From positions 37,326,001 to 37,390,000 of the forward strand of contig NC_086109.1 of NCBI RefSeq assembly GCF_963921235.1: 64,000 nt of DNA, written 5' to 3'. The stretch is from Mobula hypostoma. Taxonomy: Eukaryota. Positions within the stretch are counted from its first letter, which is position 1. Each line of letters begins with the position of its first letter. Below are positions 48,908 through 60,345 of this stretch, piece by piece. The notes below the pieces were generated by a model. That model searched no databases and was not told the origin of the DNA. It saw only the letters and a program-made list of their open reading frames with translations. The translations under genes were made by a program, and so were the position numbers.

Positions 48908-51900
48908 ATTGTGGGGGCAACGTTCCGGGATTGATTTTGTTGGATGCTGTGTGATTACCCTGAGCATTGAACCAGTGGGGTAGATACTCGTACTCCGGAT
49001 GAATTGTTAATTCACCTATTAAGTACTGTTAAAGTTGCGATTGTGGGTGGAGGTTTGATAGAATGGCTGGCGAGAGCTTTCTAGGAACATTGTCCATGCA
49101 CCCAGTACTTCAAGCTGCTTTTGAGGAAGTGTGTGGTTGCATTGGGCCAGATACCGAATTTAGACGAGGGACTGTGTGGTTCACCCGGTCGAAACCAATG
49201 ATGGTCCTGCCCAGGGAAGTAACAAGAGTGATGGGGACCCCCAAATTTCCCGAAGTGCCTGAGGGTGAGGCCATCTTAGTGGACTCTCTGGAAGACCACG
49301 AGGGGGAGTCAGGATTTCCTGCTGGGGTACTGGTGAGGCCCAAGCTGCAGAAGCCCTCAGTGGTACAGGTGAGCAGGATGGCAGTGATTGTGAGGAAAAC
49401 TACGAAGAGGGAGGTCACCTTCAAGCGGGGGATGACCCTGGCGTATTTGTTCCTGGTGACACTAATGTCCAGTGTCCCTGTGAGACAAGCCAGGGAGAAA
49501 CTATTGGAAAAAGGGGGGAAGTTGACCGCTGAGTCATTCAACTTTGGGGACTCCCCGGTTCCTGCGGGTTGGAAGAGGAAATTGGTAGAGAAGGTTTTGA
49601 AGCTGGAAGATGTCTTTTCCACTGACAAGTTTGATGTGGGTTCTTCCAAGAGCACACATCACACTATCTGGGTGACTGAGGATACCCCGCTCAGAGAACG
49701 GTCACAGCAACTGGGCCCTGCAGAGGTGGAGGACGTTGGGCAGCATTTGTGTAAGTTGAAGGAAGCTAGGATCATCACCGAGTCCTGAAGCCCCTATTCG
49801 TCCCCAGTAGTAGTGGCCCGAAAGAAGAATGGGAAGGTACGGATGTGTGTGGATTATAGGACTCTGAACAGGTGCACTGTTCCTGACCAGTATAGGTCCC
49901 AAGGATTGAAGACATGCTGGCCTGCCTGAGTCGTGCAAAGTGGTTCAGTGTGCTGGACTTGAAGAGTGGATATTACCAGAACCCCATGAGTGAGGCTGAC
50001 AAAGAGAAGACGGCATTTATATGTCCCTTGGGATTTTTCCAGTTCAAAAGGATGTCCCAGGGCATCTGGGAGCCCTTGCAACCTTCCAGCAGGTCATAGA
50101 GAAGACGATGGGGGATATCAACTTGCTTGAGGTATTGGTGTATCTGGATGACTTCATAGTGTTTGGATCCACCTTGGAAGAACATGAAGCGAGGCTCATG
50201 AAGATGCAGAGCCACCTGAAAGCTGAAGGGTTAAAACATTCCCTGGACAAGTGCCAGTTCTGCCAAACGTCTGTTAGCTATGTTGGGCACATAGTCTGAT
50301 GGGATGGAGTAGCTATAGATCCAGCTAAGACAGAGGCGGTAACCACTTGGCCAAGACCCCAGACTGTGAGCGCTCTGCACTTGTTCCTTGTGTTCTGTGG
50401 TTACTATCGGAGGTTCGTGAAAGGCTACGCAAAAGTGAGTCACCCCTTTCAGTCGCTGAAGGAGTTGATGACCCCCGATTGCCCTACGTACTGCACACGG
50501 ATGCCAGCTGAGAGGGGTTAGTGGGTGTCCTGTATCAGAATCAGGGCACCAGGTTGAGGTCCATTGCGTTTGTCAGCCGTAGTCTGTCGCCCTCCAAGAA
50601 AAACTATACCACGCACAAATTGGAATTTCCGGCATTGAAAAGGGTGGTGGTGGATAAGTTGAGTGACTACCTCTATGGGGCCAAGTTTGAGGTGAGGACG
50701 GACAACAACCCCCTAATGTAATATAATGACCTTGGTGAAACTGGATGCCACAGGCCATCGGTGGTTGGCGGCGTTGTCTGCCTATGATTTCAGCCTGAAG
50801 TACCAGCCGGGAAGCCGGAACATTGATGCTGATGCTTTGTCCCAAGGGGTGCATGAGTGACTGATCAGGGATGAGGAATGGGAGAACATTCCCGCCCTGG
50901 GGGAGAAAGCTATGTGTCAGTTTGCCATCACCATGAAGGCAGAGGGAAAGGAGGGGCAGGATTGAGCGGTGGATCAATTGGGAGCTTCTGATGATGCCCT
51001 TCCCCCAGTTTACTGTAACCTGACTGTTCTGAAGACAAATCAGCTGCCGGAATTGAGTTCTGGGGAAGAAGCAGCTGCTCAGTGAGATAACCCGGCTATC
51101 AGTATCTCTTAGTCAGCAGTCGCAAAGGGAGACATGGCCCAGGCAGAGAAGACAAAACACACGGCGGTGCCTCCATTACTGAGAGAATGGCCTCAGTTGG
51201 AGTTGCAGAACCAGATCCTATACCAGGTCACATCACCCCCGGACTCACCTCAGTGTTGCCAGCTAATTCTGCCAGAGAAGTATCAGAGGATTGTGTTGAA
51301 GTCAGTTCATGATGATTCTGGAGATTTAGGGGTTGAAAAGACCTATGGATTGCTCAGAGACCGGTTTTACTGGCCCTGAATGAAGTCAGAGGTCGAAGAA
51401 TACTGCAAGTCATGCAATCTATGCTTACAGTGGAAGACACTGCCTACGCGGGCAGCTCCCTTGTTCCACTTGCGGAGTGCAGGACCCCTGGACCTGGTGT
51501 ATATGGTTTTCCTATCAATAGAACCCGAAGCCAGCAACACGGCGAATATCTTAGTCATCACTCACCACTACACCAGATATGCATAGCCTATCCCTTCCAA
51601 GGACTGGAGGGTGCCTATGGTTGCAAAAGTGTTATGGGAGAAGTATTTCATTTATTATGGCCTTCTCAGGAAGATACATAGTGATCCGGGACAGAATTTC
51701 AAGAGCAGACTCATTCATGAGTTACTGGGCATGCTTGGAGTTGAGAAGTCGAGGACCATGCCCTATCATCTGCAGAGTGATCGCCAACCCGAGAGGTTTA
51801 ATCGGTTCTTACCAGAGATGCTAGGGACCTTGGAGATCAGCAAGAAGAGCAGGTGGAGTCAACATATTGGGCATCTGGTCCACAGTTACTACTGTACCTG

Positions 51901-52959
51901 AAATGAAGCTACCAGGTACTCGTCATACCATCCGATGTTTGGGCGCGAGGCGAGGTTGCCCATTGACCTTTGTTTTGGGACTGACGAGGGTGACTTACCA
52001 CTGAAAACTTATCTGAAGTATGTGTCTGAAATGAGAAGTGAGCTGAGAAGGGCTTATGAATTAGCTGCAGTCGTGGCTGCCAAGTAGAATCAAAGAAATA
52101 GGAGGTATGATCAAAAGGTGAGGTTCTCCCAGCTCCTGCAGGGAGACCGGGTCCTCTTAAGGAATTTGGGGCTACCTGGGAAACATAATTTGGCTGACCA
52201 CTGGGTGACTAAGCCCTATATGGTGGGGAGTCAGATGCCACACCTACCAGTTTTGCGGGTGAAACCAGAGGATGGGAATGGACCTGTCAAGATTCTCCAT
52301 CGGAACCATCTGTTGCCCTTGGGACAAGAGGTGCAGGTAGACCCAGATCCTGACTTGAAGCCGACACCTAGTAAGAGGACTCTGCAGAAGTGGGGGGGGG
52401 GGGGAATGCAGGGCCCACAGCAAGAAAGGTTAGGCCAACCCCCACTCCTGAGGGGGATACTCATTCAGAGGATGAGGACCCGGATGTGTGGTATATGCTG
52501 CCTTTTGCTAACTCCCCAATGATTGAGGAAGAGACTTCAAGCCCTTCTCCCACTGAGAGTCAGGTGAAGTTGGGGGGGGGGGGTGGCTATTTGTGTACAG
52601 CCTGCGTTGCAGTGGGACCCTGCAAGGGATGGAGCGGGGCTTGGTCACGGGACAGAGGGCTCCGAGATGCAGGTGGGCACAAGTGATAGGTTGGGGGAGG
52701 CCTCGCCAGGTAGACCAGAAGTATCTCCAGCAGTATCTGAACCTGAAGAGTTAGGTGAGGGGGTACAGAGGTCTCAGAGAATTAGGCGACCACCGGATAG
52801 GCTGGCCTACGTAGCTCCAGGGGAACAGAGTGTGACAACTACTGCTTTGGGGAGCTATGTCACTACCTTGTACACTTGGATTGGACTTGTGTTTTGCAGG
52901 AAGGTTTGGCGAATTATCTCAACGTCATGAGGACATGACTAAATTTGGTGGGGGGAGAG

Positions 52960-53553
52960 TGTAACGCACTGTAAGGTTTCATTGCTAATATAATGGCCTC
53001 AGTAATGTTTCACTGCTAACTCTAAGGTAATGGTCTCTCTGTAGCAGCAATGTTTGGGTTATGACTAGAGATAACAGGGCATGTTAGCCAATGAGCAGGA
53101 TGTTGTTCTTTCTTGTGTGTCTGGGAGAGGAATTTTACAGTCTTTTGTCGGGCAGCAATGAAGAGAGAGGACGCGAATGGAGAGAGTTGGTATACTGCCG
53201 GACGGAGTGGACTGAGGAGAGAGGGTCCAAGGGTCCAAGGGTCCAAGGGTTGGCTACGCTCAGAGGAGGTCAATGGGAATGAATGGACGACACTGTGAGC
53301 TCCAACGTTTGCACATTAGACTGTTTCATGAAAATGGGCCTTTTTTTTGTTTCTTTACTAACCTTATAGACAAATGAAGAATTATAAAGTTCAATCATTT
53401 AATCGCATATTGTGTACTGTTTGTTATTTCATGGTACTGATTTGTAACAGGGGACACATCGCGCAGCATCCACCCAAACGAGATTTCCTAAGTTTGGCCA
53501 GGCCGGGGGCTATTATCCCCTGGATTAAGCCGCTAGCCGAACCGAGGGTTACG
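52960..53553 (+). repeat. 3' LTR
   Basis: Follows the PPT and ends gagggttacg (terminal CA changed to CG). Confidence 0.93.
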
Positions 53554-54009
53554 TACTGATAAATGATAAATAGATTAAATTCCATAGAAGAAATATATAA
53601 TAGTTACCCTGAAGGACTGACACTACCTTTCATTGCAGATGGAAAAGATTGGAAGTGGTGAAGATGAGAGTATGAAGGAAACAATAGGAAGTCATATCCA
53701 AGTGTTGACACCCAGATTTTCAAACATATTTGGAGGCTTTAGTCAAGGAGAAACATGCCCTTTCCAGAAGGGGTCAGGATATCCTCCAGGATCGTAATTA
53801 GTGAGTGAGGGGAGGTTGAAAATAAATTCAAAGCCAGGAAAGATGAGGCATAAATGTAGATGCAATACTGCAAGATCCCTAATTGATGATCATAGTCAAT
53901 AGGTTGGAGGGTCTCTCTAGAACACATAGGCCTACTGTCCTTTCTCAGCATGACAGCAAATATGATCACCTCACCAGTACCTCTGGCTCAAACTGGATAT
54001 TTCCAGCAT

Positions 54010-54752
54010 CACTCACAAAATGCTGGAGGAACTCAGCAGGTCGGGCAGCATCCGTGGAAAAGATCGGTCGACGTTTCGGGCCGGAACCCTTCGTCAGGAC
54101 TGTAGAGGGAAGGGACAGAGGCCCTATAAAGAAGGTGGGGGGAGGGTGGAAAGGAGAAGGCTGGTAGGTTCCAGGTGAAAAACTAGTAAGGGGAAAGATA
54201 AAGGGGTGGGGAAGGGGAAGCAGGGAGGTAATAGGCAGGAAAGGTGAAGAAAGAATACGGGAAAACACAATGGGTAGTAGAAGGAGGCGGAACCAAGAGG
54301 GTGGTGGTAGGCAGCTGGGGGAGGGGGTAGAGTGACATAGGGATAGGGGAAGGGAGGAGGAGGGAATTACCAGAAGTTGGAGAATTCTATGCTCACACCA
54401 AGGGGCTGGAGACTACCTGGACGGTATATGAGGTGTTGCTCCTCCAACCTGAGTTTAGCCTCATCATGGCAGTAGAGGAGGCCATGTATGGACATATCTG
54501 AATGGGAGTGGGAAGCAGAGTTGATGTGGGTGTCTACTGGGAGATCCTTTCTGTTGTGGCGGACGGAGCGGAGGTGATCGACAGAGTGGAGGTGCTCGAC
54601 AAAGCGGTCCCCTGATCTGCGTCGGGTTTCACCGATGTAGAGGAGGCTGCACCGGGAGCACCGGATGCAATAGATGACCCCAACAGACTCACAAGTGAAG
54701 TGTTGCCTCACCTGGAAGGACTGTTTGGGGCTCTGAATGGTGGCAAGAGAGG
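54010..54752 (-). mobile_element. Penelope-like element 3' part with GIY-YIG endonuclease remnant
   Basis: ORF 54367-54711 reads FTCESVGVIYCIRCSRCSLLYIGETRRRSGDRFVEH. Purine/pyrimidine-skewed UTR, then the terminal repeat with a hammerhead. Confidence 0.92.
54065..54102 (-). ncRNA. Minimal type I hammerhead ribozyme motif with intact core
   Basis: Revcomp CAGUC-CUGACGA-A-GGG UUCCGG CCC-GAAA-C-GUC^GACCG has the conserved CUGANGA/GAAA/NUH core, stem II, a palindromic ACGU stem III and a short stem I. Confidence 0.8.
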
Positions 54753-55769
54753 AGGATTTTGCATGGCAATTTATTGTCCAGAAATATTAACATCTTGTTC
54801 TCGCAACGTGTTTTCAAACCTGCTATTTACGGCATTTTCTGTTTTTATTTCAGATTTCCGGTATTTTGTTTTTGAAATACAGAAGATACCTGAGTAAAAA
54901 TAAAACTCACTGGAATCAACAACACAATTGTGATTGGAACTGAGCCTATTGTGTGCTGAAACACATTCTTTTAAAACTGATAAATTTAGTAAAATATGTA
55001 AATAGAGTACAACACATTGAAGCCCACATTCCATTTCAATAAAACTGGTTTCTATGCCATGTCTGTTATTGTGTGGCAGGCAGGTAAGATTAAAAGTCAA
55101 GAGGTACTGGTGCAAAACAAATGGGAAATGGTAAATAAATAATGGATTGGTTTAAAGAAGTTGCAAATGAGAAAAAGCAGAAGCATTATCAGAATGTATT
55201 GAACTTTACTGCTAAGTCAGGAGGGCTCTAAAAGTACTTAGCTGAAGGACAGGTAACATTCTTCAAGCTAAAATTGATATCAAATCATTTGTATTTCTAC
55301 TCACCTCTCATTCCTCAGGGAGCTTAAAAATAGAAACTGATCCTAGTGTCCATAAACAGAAGGCCAACATTCACCTTCCAATCAATTCCTAAAAGACCGA
55401 AGGCACTGCACCATGTGAAGATTACACAGATCTGGAATAAAAAGCTTGTGGCAACAATGAAATGACTAGATCATTGTAAAAGCCTACCTAGTTCACTTAT
55501 GTCCAACTGGTTATGGAATCTGTCACCCTTACTCATTCTAATTTTTCCACATGTGCCTCCAGACCCAGCAATGTTATTCTAAATAACTCTTCTGATGAGG
55601 CTGAGCAGGCAAGGACAACAAATATTGGTATTGGCAATGATGCCAAAAACCATGGAAACAGAATAATGGTCAAAGGGCACCTTCTGCACAGATCAGCACC
55701 ATGAGAATTAATAGACACTACAATGTAAGTCACACATAGTGGGACCTTTCTGCTCCAGTGCTTCAATGG

Positions 55770-56110
55770 AATGGGAATTGGATTTGGTGTATTATTGTCA
55801 CATATACTGAGATTCAGAGAAAAACTCTCCTTGCATACTGTTCAGATAAGTCAAATCATTGCACAGTGCATTGAAGTAGAACAAGGTAAACAATAACAAT
55901 GCAGAATAAAGTGTAACAGCAAATGAGGAAGTGCAGTGCAGGTTAACAGAAAGGTACAAGATCCTGACAAAGGGCCTCGGCCGGAAACGTTGACTGTTCG
56001 TTTCCACGGATGTTGCCCGACCTGCTGAGTTCCTCCAGCGTGTTGTGTGCGTTGTGTGTGAAGGTACAAGATCATAATGTAGACTGTGAGGTCAAGTGTC
56101 CAATTCATCT
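55770..56110 (-). mobile_element. Rex1-type 3' UTR fragment containing a Penelope mini-insertion
   Basis: Tail attggatttggtgtattattgtcacat followed by gcatactgttcagataag. Confidence 0.65.
55964..56060 (+). mobile_element. 97-bp Penelope-terminal insertion beginning at the hammerhead core
   Basis: Starts ctgacaaagggcctcggccggaaacgttgactg. Perfect 13-bp TSD aaggtacaagatc (55951-55963, 56061-56073). Confidence 0.88.
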
Positions 56111-56217
56111 ACTAAAGTGTCTAACCTAATCTACTAGAGTCAACAGACCAAATTTCTGATAAGAAACTGTAGATGCTAGAAGCTGGAGCAAAAAAATGAA
56201 CTGAGGTCAAACAAAGT

Positions 56218-57793
56218 AACCATAGAAACTACATCACAGAAACAGGCTTTTTGGCCCTTCTTGGCTGTGCCGAACCATTTTCTGCCTAGTCCCACTGACC
56301 TGCAGACGGACCATATCCCTCCATACACCTTCCATCCATGTATCTGTCCAATTTATTCTTAAATATTAAAAAAGAACCCGCATATACCACCTCGTCTGGC
56401 AGCTCATTCCATACTCCCACCACTCTCTGTGTGAAGAAGCCCCCCCTAATGTTCCCTTTAAACTTTTCCCCTCTCACCCTTAACCCATGTCCTCTGGTTT
56501 TTTTCTCCCCTTGCCTCAGTGGAAAAAGCCTGCTTGCATTCACTCTATCTATACCCATCATAATTTTATATACCTCTATCAAATCTCCCCTCATTCTTCT
56601 ACGCTCCAGGGAATAAAGTCCTAACCTATTCAACCCTTCTCTGTAACTGAGTTTCTCAAGTCCCGGCAACATCTTTGTAAACCTTCTCTGCACTCTTTCA
56701 ACCTTATTTATATCCTTCCTGTAATTTGATGACCAAAACTGAACACAATACTCCAGATTCGGCCTCACCAATGCCTTATACAACCTCATCATAACATTCC
56801 AGCTCTTATACTCAATACTTTGATTAATAAAGGCCAATGTATCAAAAGCTCTCTTTACCACCCTATCTACCTGTGACGCTAATTTTAGGGAATTTTGTAT
56901 CTGTATTCCCAGATCCCTCTGTTCCACTGCACTCCTCAGTGCCTTAACATTAACCCTGTATGTTCTACCATGGTTTGTCCTTCCAACGTGCAATACCTCA
57001 CACTTGTCTGTATTAAACTCCATCTGCCATTTTTCAGCCCATTTTTCCAGCTGGTCCAAGTCCCTCTGCAGGCTCTGAAAACCTTCCTTACGGTCTACTA
57101 CACCTCCAATCTTTGTAAATTTGCAAATTTGCTGATCCAATTTACCACATTATCATCCAGATCATTGATATAGATGACAAATAACAATGGACCCAGCACT
57201 GATCCCTGTGGCACACCACTAGTCACAGGCCTCCACTCGGAGTAGCAATTCTCTACCACCACTCTTTGGGTTCGTCCATCGAGCCAATGTCTAATCTAAT
57301 TTACCACCTCTCCAGGTATACCTAGCGACTGAATTTTCCTAACTAACCTCCCATGTGGGACCTTGTCAAAGGCCTTACTGAAGTCCATGTAGACAATATC
57401 CACTGCCTTCCCTTCATCCACTTTCCTGGTAACCTCCTCAAAAAACGCCAATGTATTGGTCAAACATGACCTAACACGCACAAAGCCATGTTGACTCTCC
57501 CTAATAAGTCCCTGTCTATCCAAATGCTTGTAGATTCTGTCTCTTAGTACTCCCTCCAATAACTTACCTATTACTGACGTTAAACTTACTGGCCTATAAT
57601 TTCCCGGATTACTTTTCGATCCTTTTTTAAACAACGGAACAACATGAGCCACTCTCCAATCCTCCGGCACCTCACCTGTAGACAGCGAAATTTTAAATAT
57701 TTCTGCCAGGGCCCCTGCAATTTCAACACTAGTCTCCTTCAAGGTCCGATGGAACACCCTGTCAGGTCCCGGGGATTTATCCACTTTAATTTT
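56218..57793 (-). mobile_element. CR1 LINE (RT and 3' end) inserted into a Penelope-terminal fragment
   Basis: ORFs 57296-57874 and 56286-57140. Flanks tgtagatgctagaagctggagc (about 56168) and gaggaac...gcagcatctat (about 57802) are the two halves of a Penelope terminus. Confidence 0.92.
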
Positions 57794-58919
57794 AACTGCT
57801 CGAGGAACAAAGTAGGGCAGGCAGCATCTATACGGGGAAATGGTCAGTTGATGTTTCAGAACAAGACTCTTCATCTAGACTGTCACAAAAGACTCATGTT
57901 GCTGGAATATAAGCAAAACACAAGCTGCTGGTGGAACCCAGTGTGTCAGGCAGCAATTTGTTTTTCCGAGTGCACAGAGCTGCTCAGTGAGGAGCAGAGT
58001 AAAGGACAGGAAACCTGGAACAACAACACCCACCACTGTAACAGTTGTCCTTTACAGCAAGAACAATTTCACACTTATCAAACTCTGCACCCCAACAACT
58101 CTTCAAACATTTTGCTGAACTTTATTTTGAGGGACACTTGCTTATTTCCCTGAGGAAATAAGGCTGAGAAACCAAGTTTCAGGAAAATCAGCCTTATGTT
58201 TTCTAGAGACATACAAGACTGCATATCCTGGAAAATGGAGCAAAAACATAGACTGTTGAAGGAATACATCATGTCAAGCAGCACCTATAGAAGTAAAGGA
58301 GTGGACAATGTTTCAGGTTGTGACTAATTCTTGCAATTGTGACATCAGTCCAATAATGTAAAAGTAAGACTATTAAAAATCCCTTAACTTTTGCCTAGGA
58401 GCCAAAAGGATTTCTGGTTTGTAAATTCAAGGTAGTCCCACTAAGCATACATTGATGGAGGTATTGCTGGAATGGGAGCTTCATCTCCACTGACTCATTT
58501 TCTTGGCCTGTTTAATGAATGAATCATTCTGCACAGATTTACAATATAATTATGCTTTCCCAAGTTTTAGATGGACTCACTACAAATTCCGGTGGCAAAA
58601 CAAGACCCTAAGATGTAGGAGCAGAATTAGGCCATTAAGCCTATCAAGTCTGCTCTGCTATTCCATCATGGCTGACTTATTATTCCTCACAACCCCATTC
58701 TCCTGCCTTATGTTCTAAATAAATGAATTGATTAGTATAGATTATATATCTAACACTTCATAAAGAGAGCTATTTTATTTCATGGTGTCTCTGTCATTAT
58801 GATTTTATAATTACATTAGAATAGCAATTTATCATGTGTAATCTGAGTGTGAATTTTTGGAACAGCAATCCTCTGTTGTCAAACACATTATCATAGCACC
58901 TCAATGCAACATAATCTAA

Positions 58920-58937
58920 TAGTGCCATCTGCTGGGC
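58920..58937 (-). promoter_or_regulatory. Candidate CTCF binding motif
   Basis: Revcomp gcCCAGCAGATGGCACTA matches the CTCF core CCASYAGRKGGCRS. It lies in sequence with no recognisable repeat. Motif match only. Confidence 0.4.
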
Positions 58938-59969
58938 TCACAAGCACATTATAGCTCTAACATTAAAATATTTATTTCCAATCCCACAGCATTCCTAGTT
59001 TAATAAACTCAAAATAAGCATAGTAACCTAAAGCTGAGAGGAGATTTGCTGAAACTGAGCACCTTTAACTTTTAATCTTTCACCCTTACTTAAAAAGCCA
59101 AACCTTGATGGTGAGCTACAAGCTAATTACAGGTCTATATTAAATCTTGCCTTGCTGGGCAAGATTCCGGAGAAAGTCATTTTCAACCAACTCACCAATT
59201 TTCCAAATGAAAACAATAATATAGGAAAGGTTAAGTCAGGTTTTTGAACAATCTACAGCATGGAGATGACTCTTACCAAAATTGACAATGACTTGAGTCT
59301 CAGCACTGATGCCAACAGGATCTTCGTTCTAATTCTTCTAGATCTAATTCTTCTAGAAGTGCTGCCTTCTGCAAAATTGGTCATATGATTCTCCTAGATT
59401 GCCTTGAGAAGGGAGTTGGCCTCTCTGATAGTACCCCTGAATTGGTTTCGCTCATATATCTTAGAGAAAAAATGTTATGTCTTTCTGGGACACCAATGTT
59501 CTAAGAGATATCATATACATTTGGTGTTTCTTAAGGAAGCTGTCTTTGTCCCCTGCTGTTCTCTTTATAAATGCTCCCCTTAGCAGAAATCATTAGAAAG
59601 CATAAAATTGATTTCTACAGTTATGCAGATGACACACAATTGTCTACCACAGTTGATCCTGATGGTGATAACATCCTGTCTTCTCTGGCTTCTGGTATGG
59701 CTGCAATAAACAAAAGGATGAGCAATAATTTTCTGAAAGTAAATGAATATAAAATGGAAATGCTTTTGGTTGGTCTTAAGGCCAAAAAGGATAAACTTCT
59801 TGACAAAATTGGGAACTTGGTTTTCCTTGTAAATTCAGAAGTAACGAGCTTGAGTGTTACCCTTGATTCAGATTTGAATTTTAAATCCCACATAAAGAAA
59901 GTGACTAGAGCAGCATTTCTACACTTAGGAAAATTTGCAAAGGTACATTTGTTTCTGTCATGTACTGTC

Positions 59970-60339
59970 TGATGGGGGATCTCATTGAAAATTATTGAAA
60001 GCTGAAAGGCCTAGATAAAGTGGATATGTATAAGATGTTTACTTTGGTGTGGGAGTCTAGACCAGAGAGGACAGCCTCAAAACGCAGGGACATCCATTTA
60101 GAACAGAGATGAGGAGGAATTTATTTAGCCATAAGGTGGTGAGCCTGTGGAATTCATTGCCACGGACAGCTGTGGTGTCCAGGTGACTGGGTGCATATAA
60201 GGCAGAGGTTGATAGGTTCTTGATTAGTCAGGATATGAACGGTTGAGGGGAGAAACCAGGAGAATGGGAATGAGAGGAAAATGGATCAGCCATGATGAAA
60301 TGGTGGAGTAGACCTCATTATGTCCCTATGTCTTATGGC
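59970..60339 (+). mobile_element. CR1 3' end nested in L2
   Basis: ggggatctcattgaaa...tail tatgtcttatgg. Confidence 0.88.
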
Positions 60340-60345
60340 AATGAT

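Larger units (their letters stand above)
48370..53553 (+). mobile_element. Gypsy LTR retrotransposon with gag/protease deleted and pol decayed
   Basis: LTRs 48370-48907 (tgtaac...gttaca) and 52960-53553. PBS-like tgggggcaacgttccgggat (48912-48931, tRNA-Pro-like). PPT ggtggggggagag. RT (LDLKSGYYQ, YLDD), RNase H (HTDAS, VRTDNNPL) and integrase (RFYWP...CNLC, IHSDPGQNF, PERFNR) in Gypsy order. Confidence 0.95.

Noticed and set aside
49110..49655. 181-aa minus-strand ORF
   Set aside because: Antisense to the Gypsy pol-region frame.
31057..53553. The two Gypsy proviruses as a complementing gag/pol pair
   Set aside because: Their LTRs are unrelated, their PBS types differ (Leu versus Pro-like), and both carry many stops and frameshifts.
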